From positions 124,001-188,000 of the forward strand of contig JBODTK010000012.1 of assembly GCA_050613775.1 (NCBI GenBank): DNA of 64,000 nucleotides. Direction: 5' to 3'. The DNA comes from Neocallimastix sp. 'constans' (lineage: Eukaryota). The position numbers and the translations under genes were made by a program. The notes beneath the pieces were generated by a model that had not been told where the DNA came from, searched no databases, and worked only from the letters and a program-made list of their open reading frames with translations. Shown here in pieces: positions 12,962-24,354 of the stretch (positions are counted from its first letter, which is position 1; the number at the start of each line of letters is the position of its first letter).

Positions 12962-13554
12962 CATTATATTATAAAAATATTAAAAAAAATTAATAGTTAA
13001 AATTTTAACCTTTTTAAAATTAAAAATTATAAATCTCTCTAAAAACTAATTAAACAAATATATTCTATTCAAATAGAAAAAATAAAATAAAATAAAATAA
13101 AATAAAATAAAATAAAATAAAATAAAATAAAATAAAATAAAATAAAATAAAAAAAATAATAATAATAAAAAGTAAATGTTTAAACCACTTTTAAATTTTT
13201 TTTATTTATTTATTATTTATTTATTTATTTATTTTAATTTATATATTATATATATATTTATATAATTTTAAAATCTAATTATTATATAATAATTAAATAA
13301 TTAAATAATATATTTATATTTAAATAAAAAATAAAATTATGGTTATTCTTTATTTTTTTATTTTAAATTTATTTGATTTTTATTTTTTAATATTCATTTA
13401 TTTTTATTTTTAATTTTATTTTTTTTTTATTTATATTTTTTATTTATATTTTTTATTTTATTTTATTTAATTTTATTATTTCTTTTATTTATTTATTTTT
13501 TTTTTCTTTTTACTTCATTTAAATGTCTTATCTTTATATATTATTTATTAGTAA

Positions 13555-14075
13555 ATTGAACCAGGTTCTATTCTGGTTGTTAGTCCATGGACTAACATAC
13601 ATAAGGCTCCTTGGTTCGAACCTGCCCTTTTTCCAAGGTTTTCCTCACAAGAGATTTTTACCGGAATATGGTAGTTAGAGTTACAGGTATGTATATCCAA
13701 CTTATATCTACTATTAGAATAGAGACTGAACTAATCGAGAGGGTAGGATATGATCATCATGTGTCCATATAATTATATATCCTATTTAATTGCAATCTTT
13801 CTGACAATTATGCAAACTGCCAGGGAGCTAATACGAAATTCTATGGGAAATTTAGGAGTTGGAGAAGCACTCGGAGAAGTAGCACTAGTAAAAATCTCAA
13901 GCAATAATATGCATATTAGAGCGCCAATACTGAAACCCTCAGTAAGGTCGTACAGTGGGGGTCAATTCTGCCTTTATAAAAAAAGAAGTGTGTGACTACC
14001 TCAATATTCCCACTACTCCTGAGGGGGGGAGGGGGGGTTAAACCAAGAGCGGTACGCACCAGAAATAAAATAAAA

Positions 14076-14104
<29 letters not shown>
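13555..14104 (+). mobile_element. Degenerate 3' fragment of a LINE-like element with A-rich tail
   Basis: GC-richer island ending in (AAAAT)n/poly-A. agagcgccaatactgaaa...agtaagg resembles ggagtgtcaacgctgaaa...agtaag (23666) and ggagagtcaacactgaaa...agtaag (42997). The 3' motif is shared with 1762-1898. Confidence 0.55.
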
Positions 14105-14107
<3 letters not shown>

Positions 14108-14235
14108 ATATATATATATATTAGTAATTTTATTTTTTTGTTTTTTATTCTTTTTTTTTATGATAATTTGAATATAATTAATTTTAATAATAATAATAAT
14201 AATAATAAAAATAAATGTAATACAAAATGAATATG

Positions 14236-14273
<38 letters not shown>

Positions 14274-14353
14274 ATGAAGTATTTAATGTATACATGTAAA
14301 ATTTAAATGTATTTTTTTTTTTTGCTAATCCATTATTATTTGTTTATTCTTAT

Positions 14354-14665
14354 TGTTATAAATATTGATTTAAAATATTAAAATAAATTATTTGAAATAA
14401 ATAAATTAAAATTCGTAATTTAATTAAAGTATTAGCAATTATTTTTATAAATTTGTAATTAAATTTATTCGCAATTATTTATGTAAATTAGAAATAGTTT
14501 TGATCAAATGATAAATAAAAGCAAGCCACAACATGTGTATAAATGTCATTAATTTTACCCTAATTTTATATCCTTGTAATTACCTTATTATTTTATAAAT
14601 AATAATAAATAAATAAATAAATAAATAATTATTAAATAAATAAATTTGATATACTATATCTATTA
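14354..14665 (+). repeat. 5' LTR (TG...TA)
   Basis: Matches 19654-19965; boundaries fixed by the TSD and PPT. Confidence 0.95.
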
Positions 14666-14677
14666 GATTAAGAGTCT
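14666..14677 (+). promoter_or_regulatory. Primer-binding site complementary to the tRNA-Lys(CUU) anticodon arm
   Basis: GATTAAGAGTCT abuts the LTR; its reverse complement AGACTCTTAATC reads as stem-CT-CTT-AA-TC. No TGG start as expected for priming from the tRNA CCA end. Confidence 0.7.
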
Positions 14678-14686
14678 TTTTCTACC

Positions 14687-17600
14687 ATGAACGCCGCCAC
14701 TACTACTACACCTTTTGTCCAAAAACTCAATGGAAAAAATTTTCGTACTTGGTACCTCTTTATTCAAAATTTCCTTAAAGGAAAGAGACTATTCCAATAT
14801 ACTGAAGTCGACATCATTGCTGAACGAACCAACGTCTTTAATCAATTAACTAATGATCTCCAAAATCTACAAGCTCAGGCCGAGAATAATCAAAATAACC
14901 GGGAACTTCAAGCCAATATCCAAAATATTCAAGAACAATTGATTCAACAACAGAACGCTATAGAAGAGGCGATTGCCAACGACGCTATGGCTAACTCCAT
15001 AATCATCGCTAATGTAACAGATAAAGTTTTAAAATTTATCGAAAGGAGAGAAAAAGCATTCGAAAAAATGGAGAAACTTAAACAACTCTACGAAAGAGAC
15101 GAAGAAGAAGAACATTCTATTTGGTACAAGAGGCTCTATGAACTTAAAGCAAGTGACATCAATAACACTATGGATGTCATAAATGAAATTATGGAACTTT
15201 TCAATATGTTACATGACACAAATTTAAATCCAAACAATTTAGAAAAACTCACAATTTTACACAATGCTCTTCCAAATGAAATCAAAAATATTGTCAATTT
15301 TAGCGCAGACGTCAACCCGATTGAATTCTACAATGATATCAAAAATAAGATTTTTATTAGAAAATATAATAGTAAGTCCAATAGACTCACTAGTTTAAAC
15401 AACAATTATATTCAAAATTCTCAAGAAGACAACATGGACCTCGATTATGATCTTAACCACGTCTACCATCATACTAAAAATCTACGCAACTCAAAATCTT
15501 ATCCTTCCAACAAGAAATTTTGTCACATTTGTAAAATCAACGGACATTCCACTGACGAATGTTTTTTCAATGCGAAGACAAACAAAAGAATTCGAAACTC
15601 AAAAAATTACAAAAACAAAAGAATCAATCAAAAGAAACATAAATATAATTACAAAAAACAAACTGGATCATTAAAAAACATCGAACATAACGATGAATAT
15701 GTCTCCTTCGATGAACTTTATAATAACTATTATGATTATTCCATTAATAGCATTGAATATACCGATGATGAATCCATAAACAACATAGAAACAATGGATA
15801 ATCACATGATAACAACTAATAATAATTTTATATTAAACAACAATTTTAATAATAATATTTCATTTTTCATTAATTTTTTACTTTCAAATGATCATGTGTA
15901 TAGTTGGGGTTGCTCAGCATATCATTCATTTATGAATACAAAACCGTATCGTCAAGTAAATGATAAAAATATATTCAACCTTGAATATTTATCATCAAAC
16001 GAACAATATCCATATAGTACCCAATGGACCTATGACACAGGTTCCTCTGAACATATTACAAATAATAAGTATCTATTAGCTGATTTTAAAAAACAAAACA
16101 TTACAATGAGATGTGCTAACAATACCGAATGCTACTTTGAAGGATATGGTACATTTCATGGGAAAATAAACGGTCATAGAATTACCTTACATCACGTGCT
16201 ATTTTCAAAAAACGTATCAAAAAATATAATTAGTGGTATTAAACTTTCAAAAGAAGGAATATATACCCTAATTGCATCAGATCGAAAAAACAAGCCTTAC
16301 ATCAGTCTTATTATGAACAATCGAGTTATTGGAGCTTTTTATTCCAACATCCACAATATAATACATATGACTATAAATCCAATTAATACTAATTCCCACA
16401 ATCTACTTAACATTGAAATAGACAACAATAATTTAAAAATTTGGCATAATCGACTTGGTCACTTTTTTCTTTATGACATTAACAAATATCTAAAACTAAA
16501 TAAAATAAAGCCATTAAATTGTACTGAATGCCGAATTTCCAAAATGAATAAAGACCCTTTTAATGGTACTCCCCCTAGAGCCACTGAAATACTAGAGACA
16601 ATCCACTCCGACATTGTTGGTCCTGTTGAACCATCCATTACTAACAAAAAATACTTCATAACATTCATAGATGAATTTTCACGAAAGGCATGGTTATACT
16701 TACTTGAAGAAAAGTCACAAGCAACTGAAATAATAATACAATTTCTCACATTTATTGAAAACCAATATAATAAAGTTATCAAAACTTTCAAATCAGACAA
16801 TGGTAAAGAATACAAGAATAAAAGGATATTTAATTTCTGTAACAATAAAGGTATAAACAAAGTATTCTCAACACCTTATAATCCGCAAATCAACGGTCTC
16901 GCGGAAAGGTTCAACCGTACTATAGTCGATTGTACAAGAACATTACTATTCACTTCAAAACTCAATACTAAATTTTGGGATTTTGCAATCAAGTACGCCA
17001 CTCATTTATATAATATCACTCCACATTCCAGCATAAACAATCAAATTCCCAATAAAATTTTCTTTAATAAAGACATCGACTTATCAAAAATCAAAGTTTT
17101 CGGATGCTCTACATATTATAAAATTCCCAATAACAACAAAATTTCTAAATTCGAGCCCAAATCAAGAAAAGGAATATTTTTAGGTATTGATTTTGAATCT
17201 AATAGTTTCATCATTATGGACTTAAACGATAATAAATGTAAACTTGTTAGAGAAGCACTATTCTTAGAAGATATATTTCCTGGAGTACAATTAAATAGTA
17301 AAATATCAAATATCAATAATGAACTCTGTATTACAAACAACACTCTTACTTTTGAAAACTCAGACATTTCAGACACCTTCCAAAATATTGATAATAATAA
17401 TTACTCTAATAATAATATACAACAACATATACATGATATTCGTACTACTGATAGTATTCAAGAAAATGAAAACGACAATACAGAAAATACTGATGGACAA
17501 AGCTATACCAACAATGATGACATCAATCATACCAAAAATATTGAAAATAACGACAATGAAATCCACAACGATTCCACAAATTACACCAACAATATTATAA

Positions 17601-19582
17601 TCAACAATAATAATACTGATAAACAATCAAAAACTATAAATCGCAATAGATCACTATTTACGAATGATGACAATAATCACAAGAAAATAAAAAGAAACCC
17701 TAGTTCAATTAATCATAAAAGAAAAAGAAATATTGAAGACGTAGAAAACATAATTTATAAGAAAATAAAAAATATCGACAACATTCCTCAAATACTCAGA
17801 AAAAGACCACATACATCAACAGATAAAAGCGATCCAATATCTAATAAAAGAATAAAATCACTAATCAATAATAAAGAATTCAATAACATCTCACACATAA
17901 ATAACAATAAAAATAAAATTTCAGCCAAAAACACAATCCAAAAGATCCCCAAAAATTTTAATGAAGCTATTAACAGTAATGAAAAGAAAGAATGGTTAAC
18001 TGCAATCAAAAATGAACTTGATAACTTATATGCAAATAAAATAATGACATTCACTAAAAGAATACCAAAAAATACCAACATTATATCTTCAAAATGGGTA
18101 TTCACTGTAAAAAGAGATGAAAACAACAATATCACTAAATATAAAGCAAGATTAGTAGCCAGGGGCTACAAGCAACAAAAAGGTATAGACTATGACATTA
18201 CTTATTCACCAACACTTAACACAGATAGCATAAAACTAATTATTGCCCTTGCTGCCAAATTCAAGTGGAATATTCAACAACTGGACATAAAAGCAGCATA
18301 CTTAAATGCAAACATTGACAAAACATTATATATCCAAATTCCAAAAGGAGATAAAAATTTCAAAAAAGGTTTCTGGAGATTAAATAGGGCACTCTACGGT
18401 TTAAAACAGGCCGGAAGACAATGGTTTCTTACTATCTCAAAATTCCTTAGAGAAAATGGATATACGCAATTGAGTTCAGAACCATGCATCTTCAAAAAGG
18501 TAATCAATAATAAACTTGTCGGTCTTATTGGATTATACGTCGATGACATGATGATTACCGGAAACAATCGAGAAATAAGAAATATAATAAGCAAACTTAA
18601 GAAAAGATTCAAAATCTCAAATTGTGAACCTCTAAGATATATACTAGGAATAAAAATAGAAAAGGATCATAGCGATTATATAATATCTCAAACTCACACA
18701 ATAAACACGTTACTCGAAAAATATAATATTACAAATATCAAAAAACAATCTACACCATGTACAGGAGACAATCTAATATCAGAAAACAAAAAACCATTTA
18801 ACACAAAGATATTCAAAAGTGCAATTGGATCGCTGATATACATCGCAAAAATCACACGTCCAGACATCAGCTTCGCCGTTCATAAAATAGCAAGAAAATC
18901 TGAATCCCCTACCGTATCAGATTGGAACAAGGTATTGAATATATTCAAATACCTAAACGCTACTAAAGATTATAAGCTGAGATATAATGGAAAAGGGAAC
19001 TTTATTGGATACACCGATTCTGACTTTGCAGGAGATCTTGAAGATAGAAAATCTACCTCAGGACACATAATATTAATAGGAAATTCCCCAATATGCTGGG
19101 GATCAAAGAAGCAGTCCATCGTAGCCACTAGTACTACCGAAGCTGAATATATAGCCACTTCCGAATGTGTAAAAAAGGTACTTTGGATAAGAAACATCCT
19201 AAAGGAATTACTTAATTTTAAAAAACCTATAACGATATTCACAGATAATACTTCAAGCTTAAAAACAATAAAAAACGGCGAACTAAACAGCAAATTAAAA
19301 CATATTTCAATAAAATATTACTTTAACAAAGACAATATTAATCAAAATAAAATAGATCTAAAATATATTCCAACCGACGAAATGCTCGCTGACACATTAA
19401 CAAAAAATCAAAACGGAAGTCAAATAAAGAAATTTACCAAAAAGATATTCGAAATAAATAATAACAATAACCAAAATAACAATAATATTAATTACAAAAA
19501 TAAACACAATTACCACTATATCATAGACAATAATAACAACATAAATAAAAGAAAATTTAATAGTAATGATAATAAATACTAA
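14687..19582 (+). CDS. Copia Gag-Pol polyprotein (1631 aa)
   Basis: Gag LNGKNFRTW; zinc knuckle CHICKINGHSTDEC; protease DTGSSEH; WHNRLGH; integrase HSDIVGP/SDNGKEY/NGLAERFNRT; RT KARLVARG/YVDD; RNase H YTDSDFA. PR-IN-RT-RH order defines copia. Confidence 0.97.
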   Translation: MNAATTTTPFVQKLNGKNFRTWYLFIQNFLKGKRLFQYTEVDIIAERTNVFNQLTNDLQNLQAQAENNQNNRELQANIQNIQEQLIQQQNAIEEAIANDAMANSIIIANVTDKVLKFIERREKAFEKMEKLKQLYERDEEEEHSIWYKRLYELKASDINNTMDVINEIMELFNMLHDTNLNPNNLEKLTILHNALPNEIKNIVNFSADVNPIEFYNDIKNKIFIRKYNSKSNRLTSLNNNYIQNSQEDNMDLDYDLNHVYHHTKNLRNSKSYPSNKKFCHICKINGHSTDECFFNAKTNKRIRNSKNYKNKRINQKKHKYNYKKQTGSLKNIEHNDEYVSFDELYNNYYDYSINSIEYTDDESINNIETMDNHMITTNNNFILNNNFNNNISFFINFLLSNDHVYSWGCSAYHSFMNTKPYRQVNDKNIFNLEYLSSNEQYPYSTQWTYDTGSSEHITNNKYLLADFKKQNITMRCANNTECYFEGYGTFHGKINGHRITLHHVLFSKNVSKNIISGIKLSKEGIYTLIASDRKNKPYISLIMNNRVIGAFYSNIHNIIHMTINPINTNSHNLLNIEIDNNNLKIWHNRLGHFFLYDINKYLKLNKIKPLNCTECRISKMNKDPFNGTPPRATEILETIHSDIVGPVEPSITNKKYFITFIDEFSRKAWLYLLEEKSQATEIIIQFLTFIENQYNKVIKTFKSDNGKEYKNKRIFNFCNNKGINKVFSTPYNPQINGLAERFNRTIVDCTRTLLFTSKLNTKFWDFAIKYATHLYNITPHSSINNQIPNKIFFNKDIDLSKIKVFGCSTYYKIPNNNKISKFEPKSRKGIFLGIDFESNSFIIMDLNDNKCKLVREALFLEDIFPGVQLNSKISNINNELCITNNTLTFENSDISDTFQNIDNNNYSNNNIQQHIHDIRTTDSIQENENDNTENTDGQSYTNNDDINHTKNIENNDNEIHNDSTNYTNNIIINNNNTDKQSKTINRNRSLFTNDDNNHKKIKRNPSSINHKRKRNIEDVENIIYKKIKNIDNIPQILRKRPHTSTDKSDPISNKRIKSLINNKEFNNISHINNNKNKISAKNTIQKIPKNFNEAINSNEKKEWLTAIKNELDNLYANKIMTFTKRIPKNTNIISSKWVFTVKRDENNNITKYKARLVARGYKQQKGIDYDITYSPTLNTDSIKLIIALAAKFKWNIQQLDIKAAYLNANIDKTLYIQIPKGDKNFKKGFWRLNRALYGLKQAGRQWFLTISKFLRENGYTQLSSEPCIFKKVINNKLVGLIGLYVDDMMITGNNREIRNIISKLKKRFKISNCEPLRYILGIKIEKDHSDYIISQTHTINTLLEKYNITNIKKQSTPCTGDNLISENKKPFNTKIFKSAIGSLIYIAKITRPDISFAVHKIARKSESPTVSDWNKVLNIFKYLNATKDYKLRYNGKGNFIGYTDSDFAGDLEDRKSTSGHIILIGNSPICWGSKKQSIVATSTTEAEYIATSECVKKVLWIRNILKELLNFKKPITIFTDNTSSLKTIKNGELNSKLKHISIKYYFNKDNINQNKIDLKYIPTDEMLADTLTKNQNGSQIKKFTKKIFEINNNNNQNNNNINYKNKHNYHYIIDNNNNINKRKFNSNDNKY

Positions 19583-19653
19583 AAAATGATAAATAATATT
19601 AATAATTCCAAACTCATATTTTAATCATATTAAAAATAAGTTTGAGGGGGGAA

Positions 19654-19965
19654 TGTTATAAATATTGATTTAAAATATTAAAATAAATTATTTGAAATAA
19701 ATAAATTAAAATTCGTAATTTAATTAAAGTATTAGCAATTATTTTTATAAATTTGTAATTAAATTTATTCGCAATTATTTATGTAAATTAGAAATAGTTT
19801 TGATCAAATGATAAATAAAAGCAAGCCACAACATGTGTATAAATGTCATTAATTTTACCCTAATTTTATATCCTTGTAATTACCTTATTATTTTATAAAT
19901 AATAATAAATAAATAAATAAATAAATAATTATTAAATAAATAAATTTGATATACTATATCTATTA
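19654..19965 (+). repeat. 3' LTR
   Basis: Follows the PPT and is followed by TSD CTTAT. Confidence 0.95.
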
Positions 19966-20434
19966 CTTATTATAATTATATTATATTTCATTAAAGGTTA
20001 TGTAAACAAAAGAAAATTAATATTAAATTAATGGGGATCGTGTATTTAACAATCATGCATTATAACGTGGCGTATTTTATATATGGCTTGCTTTTTAACA
20101 ATTAAATAAATAATAATTAAATAATTAATAAATATAAAATATATTATATAGTTAAGTATATATGAATATTAATTTAGAATCTAGTGCATTTCTCAATGTG
20201 TCTTATAATAATTTTAAAATAAAGCAAGCCATGCATTTTTATGATTATCTATACAATCATAAATAAATATATAAATAATAATATATTTTTACAATTAAAT
20301 AGTATTAGATAACAATTTCAAAAGAAATAATAATAAATTCTATTAAAAAAGAATTATAAAAAAATTTTTTTTATAATTAAATATTAATAAATTATATATA
20401 TATAAAAAAAAAAAGAATATTTATTATTTATTTA

Positions 20435-20525
20435 GTGGGGCATTTCGCCAGGTTGCATTTCGGCAAAATTTTTGAAAGTATGTGTGTGGCGTATTAAAAT
20501 GTTGCATTTCGCCTAATTGAAAATT
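20435..20525 (-). mobile_element. Solitary degenerate MITE end, inverted relative to 20880-20955
   Basis: gtggggcatttcgccaggttgcatttcggcaaaatttttgaaagtatgtg is close to the reverse complement of cacatgctttcaaaaaaattggcgaaatgcaacatggcgaaatgtcccac. Confidence 0.7.
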
Positions 20526-20674
20526 ATATATTTTTATATTAAATAAATATAAAAATAAATAAATAAAATTGAATATTATTAATTAAATATTATGTTCAAA
20601 AAAAATTTTTTTTATTTATTTAATAACATATAGGTTAGATTTTATTTAAACTTATTATGAATCCTATTCCTTTC

Positions 20675-20955
20675 GGGAGAGTTGCATTTCGCCAAGTGGC
20701 CTAGTATTAAAATGTTGCATTTCCCCAGGTTGCATTTCGATAAGTGGCAAATTGATATAAATAAATGAATAAATAAATAAATATTAATTCAAAATAACTT
20801 TTTTTTAAAAATTGTTTTATTTATTCGATATTAATAATATTTAATTTTATTGATTTATTTTATTGATTTATTTAATAATTTTCAAATTTGGCGAAAGGCC
20901 ACATGCTTTCAAAAAAATTGGCGAAATGCAACATGGCGAAATGTCCCACACCCTC
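20675..20955. mobile_element. 281-bp non-autonomous MULE-type MITE
   Basis: Ends GGGAGAG... and ...CACCCTC like the MULE at 5043-9684; inverted subterminal GCATTTCGCC/GGCGAAATG motifs; flanking direct repeat CTATTCCTTTC (20664-20674, 20956-20966). Confidence 0.82.
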
Positions 20956-21599
20956 CTATTCCTTTCATACTATTATGCGAATCAAAAATTTTTATTTTTT
21001 TTCTTTCTTTTTTTTTTTTTTTTTTTTAAAAAATCAATATTATTTTATTATATATTCATATTAAAAAATTAATATTATATATTTTAATCATTAGTTATTA
21101 TACATAATTGCTAATTTAAATCTTATGAACAATCCTTTTATAATATTATTGCCATAAAAATTATAGTAATAATTATATTAGATAAAAATGTAATAAAAAA
21201 AAAAAAATGAATCACTAAATAATAATATACTTTATATAATAACAACATAATAATAAAATAAAATTTTTAACTGATAACTATAATGATTTAAAAATAGTTT
21301 TAATAATAAAAATAATAAGATTTTATATTATTTAATAATTTTGAAAAAAAAAAATAAAATAAAAATAAAAAAAAAAAGAATAAATTATGGTAGTTGTAAC
21401 TCAACAAAGCAAACTACTGATTTATTCCCATTTCTCTTCACCCATACAGACATACCCACATAAAAAATAATAATAAAAATATTACAACTTCAAAAAAAAA
21501 AAATTTAAAAAAAAAAGTTAATATAAAAGTTTTATTATTTATAACAATAAAAATTTTTCAAAATATATTCAAATATAAAATTATATTAAATATAAAATA

Positions 21600-22180
21600 T
21601 TAATAATAATTAATTGAATAATAAATAATAAATAATAAAAAGAGTATTTATTAATAAATAATAAATAATAAATAATAAAAAGAGTATTTATTAATAAATA
21701 ATAAATAATAAATAATAAAAAGAGTATTTATTAATAAATAATAAATAATAAATAATAAAAAGTATTAATAATAAATAATAAAAAGTATTAATAATAAATA
21801 ATAAATAATAAATAATAAATAATAAATAATTAATAATAAATAATGGAATAATAAATAATAAATAATGGAGTAATAAATAATAAATAATGGAATAATAAAT
21901 AATAAATAATAAATAATAATTAATTAATAAATAAATAATAAATAATAATTAATTGAATAATAAATAATAATAATAATAAATAATAAATAATAAATAATAA
22001 ATAATAAATAATAAATAATAAATAATAAATAATAAATAATAAATAATAAATAATAAATAATAAATAATTAATAATAAATAATAATTAATAATTAATTGAA
22101 TAATAAATAATAAATAATAAATAATAAATAATAAATAATAAAAAAGAGTATTTATTAATTAATAATTGAATAAATAATAA
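21600..22180. repeat. (AATAAAT)n satellite with interspersed AAAAGAGTATTTATT units
   Basis: Direct reading; same family at ~30520-30830, 43560-44615, and inverted at 45220-45600, 46810-46980, 48780-48950. Confidence 0.85.
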
Positions 22181-22239
22181 AAAGCGTCTTTTCTTTATAT
22201 GTTTTATTTTTTTAAAATTTTTTTCTATTTATTTCTAAT

Positions 22240-24040
22240 TAGTAGTAACAAATTACCTAAAACTGACAACTATACTTATCTTGGTATTCCTTTGGATGAA
22301 TCTTTATCATTGAAACCTATACAATCCAAATTAAACAGTAATTTTAAATGTCAAAATTAAATTCGTACTTTCAATTTCTTATATAAATAAATCTATTCCC
22401 ATCCCATTGAAGAATAAACGAATGTTATTTTCAGCTATAGTAATTGGGCAAGTTTCGTATTATGCACTTCTACTTGGATCGAATAAAGAAAGAACGAGAA
22501 GTACACAGGCACAGACACTAGTTAATTCAGGATTATACTGGATTGAAGGATATTCTAATGGGGAATAGCTTGGCTTTCCTTTATTGTGTTTCAAAAAAAA
22601 CTTAACATTCCTACTCTTTTTCGGCGAAATGTATGTGATGGCTCAGGTAAGATGTTTTTTTTTAAAAAAAAAAAAAATGGAAAAACTCGAATTGTATTAT
22701 CTCTGATTTATTTTAGAGATATATCGCGTTGGTCGAGATCATGCATGGGATAAAGAAAGTAAAATTTTAGCTGACAAATTAGATAAATTTCTATCTAAAA
22801 AAAAAAAAAAAAAAAAATTATAAAATTTTTACTGGGATAGAGATATTGGCAGGCATGAAAATCAATCAAGGCTTAAGGCTTATAAGAAAAATAAATTTGA
22901 GAAAACTAGAGAGGGTACTTCGTGCCAGATGTCGAAAATAAATTCGATATTCGTGTTGTCCAAAGCCGCCAATAGAGTTGAGGAAGACTGCCCAGAATAG
23001 TATCCTTGTTGTTATAAAAAAAAAAAAAATAGTTCTCCTCGATTGGAACATTGATTTTCAAAAAAAGGCTATCTTTTCCGTGAAATTCGAAATGAAAAAA
23101 AAAAAAAATTTTTTTTTTTTTTTATAATTTCTAAATATTGTCCAATATCAAATAGTAATGTAGACACTGTTATCACAGATATGAATAATATAGAACTAAG
23201 TTCTGATTCTGATAGTTGTAATGAAATATATAATATTAATAATCATAACAATTGAAATAATATTATTAATAATAGTAGAATTAGTGATTGTAGAAAATAA
23301 TAATATTAATAATAATGATAATGAAAATAATAGTATCGCTAATGCTAATGTAGTGAATAGTTCAATTGGTGAAAATCGTGTTAATTTAAGTAATTTTCTG
23401 AGAAAGGAGTGTGTAAATATATATGTGAAGTGGTACCGATTATATAACTTCCTTCTTTGTGGAAGAGATGCCGACATTATTAATTTTGGTTATAAAAAGG
23501 AATGGAATGTTTTTGTGTAAGAACCAAATCATTTCTGATGATTATTCTTAAAAAACGCCATTCTTTGGTGTTGATCTGAGGCTCTCTTTTTTTACAGAAA
23601 TTTATGCCACGGGTTAGTACTCGGTAAGGGTTACTATTCCGAAATTATAAACGCAAACTAACCAGGAGTGTCAACGCTGAAAATAGCAAGTAAGACAGGA
23701 TAGCAGGGCTAATGCCTCTGAAGAAGAAGAAAGAAGATCATAGTTTCTTTTTTCAAATAGTCAATTCACTCCCTAATCCATACACATAGGAGGTTCGTTG
23801 CCTATAAACTTTTTTCTTGAATTTATATATATACACTTTTTATTTTTGAATATCACTTTTTTATTTCAAGTTACTATATTAAATATTATTATGTTTTAAT
23901 TGGAATAATAATAATTATTTATTTTATTAATTTTTTTTTTTTTTTTTAAAAAAAAAATAATATTATTATTCATGTAATCAATAAATGATAAAAATAAATA
24001 AAATTAAATGCTCGTAATAATTGCGGCTGTAAAAAAAAAA
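22240..24040 (+). mobile_element. Decayed 5'-truncated LINE (end of RT, Cys-rich region, 3' UTR, poly-A)
   Basis: LPKTDNYTYLGIPLDESLSLKPI (YxYLG, end of RT domain) at ~22253; degenerate CPE..PCC...EH; many frameshifts; colinear with 41995-43360 through the 3' end (cgtaataattgcggctgt-An). Confidence 0.8.
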
Positions 24041-24077
24041 GGTATGAATTTATCATTTCTTCCTTGAAACTCATAAA

Positions 24078-24138
<61 letters not shown>

Positions 24139-24354
24139 AATATTATTAAATAAAAATTATTTATAATCTAAACAAAAACAAAAACAAAAACAAAACAAAA
24201 AGGTTGATAATTGATTTATTTTGTACTTTTTGATTGATATAATAAAACGAAAAATAAAAAAAAAAATAAAAAAAAAAAAAAAATAAAATCAAAAAATAAA
24301 ATCAAAAATAAAATCAAAAATAAAATCAAAAATCAAAACAAAAGCAATAAAATT

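Larger units (their letters stand above)
14354..19965 (+). mobile_element. Full-length Ty1/copia LTR retrotransposon
   Basis: Two 312-bp LTRs (14354-14665, 19654-19965), identical by eye; 5-bp TSD CTTAT (14349-14353, 19966-19970); PPT GAGGGGGGAA at 19644-19653; intact gag-pol ORF. Confidence 0.97.

Noticed and set aside
13611..13635. B-box-like GGTTCGAACC followed by a T run (tRNA or SINE head)
   Set aside because: No convincing A box or cloverleaf; it sits within a LINE-like fragment.
15447..19293. Small ORFs overlapping the copia polyprotein
   Set aside because: Alternative-frame and antisense shadows with no motifs.
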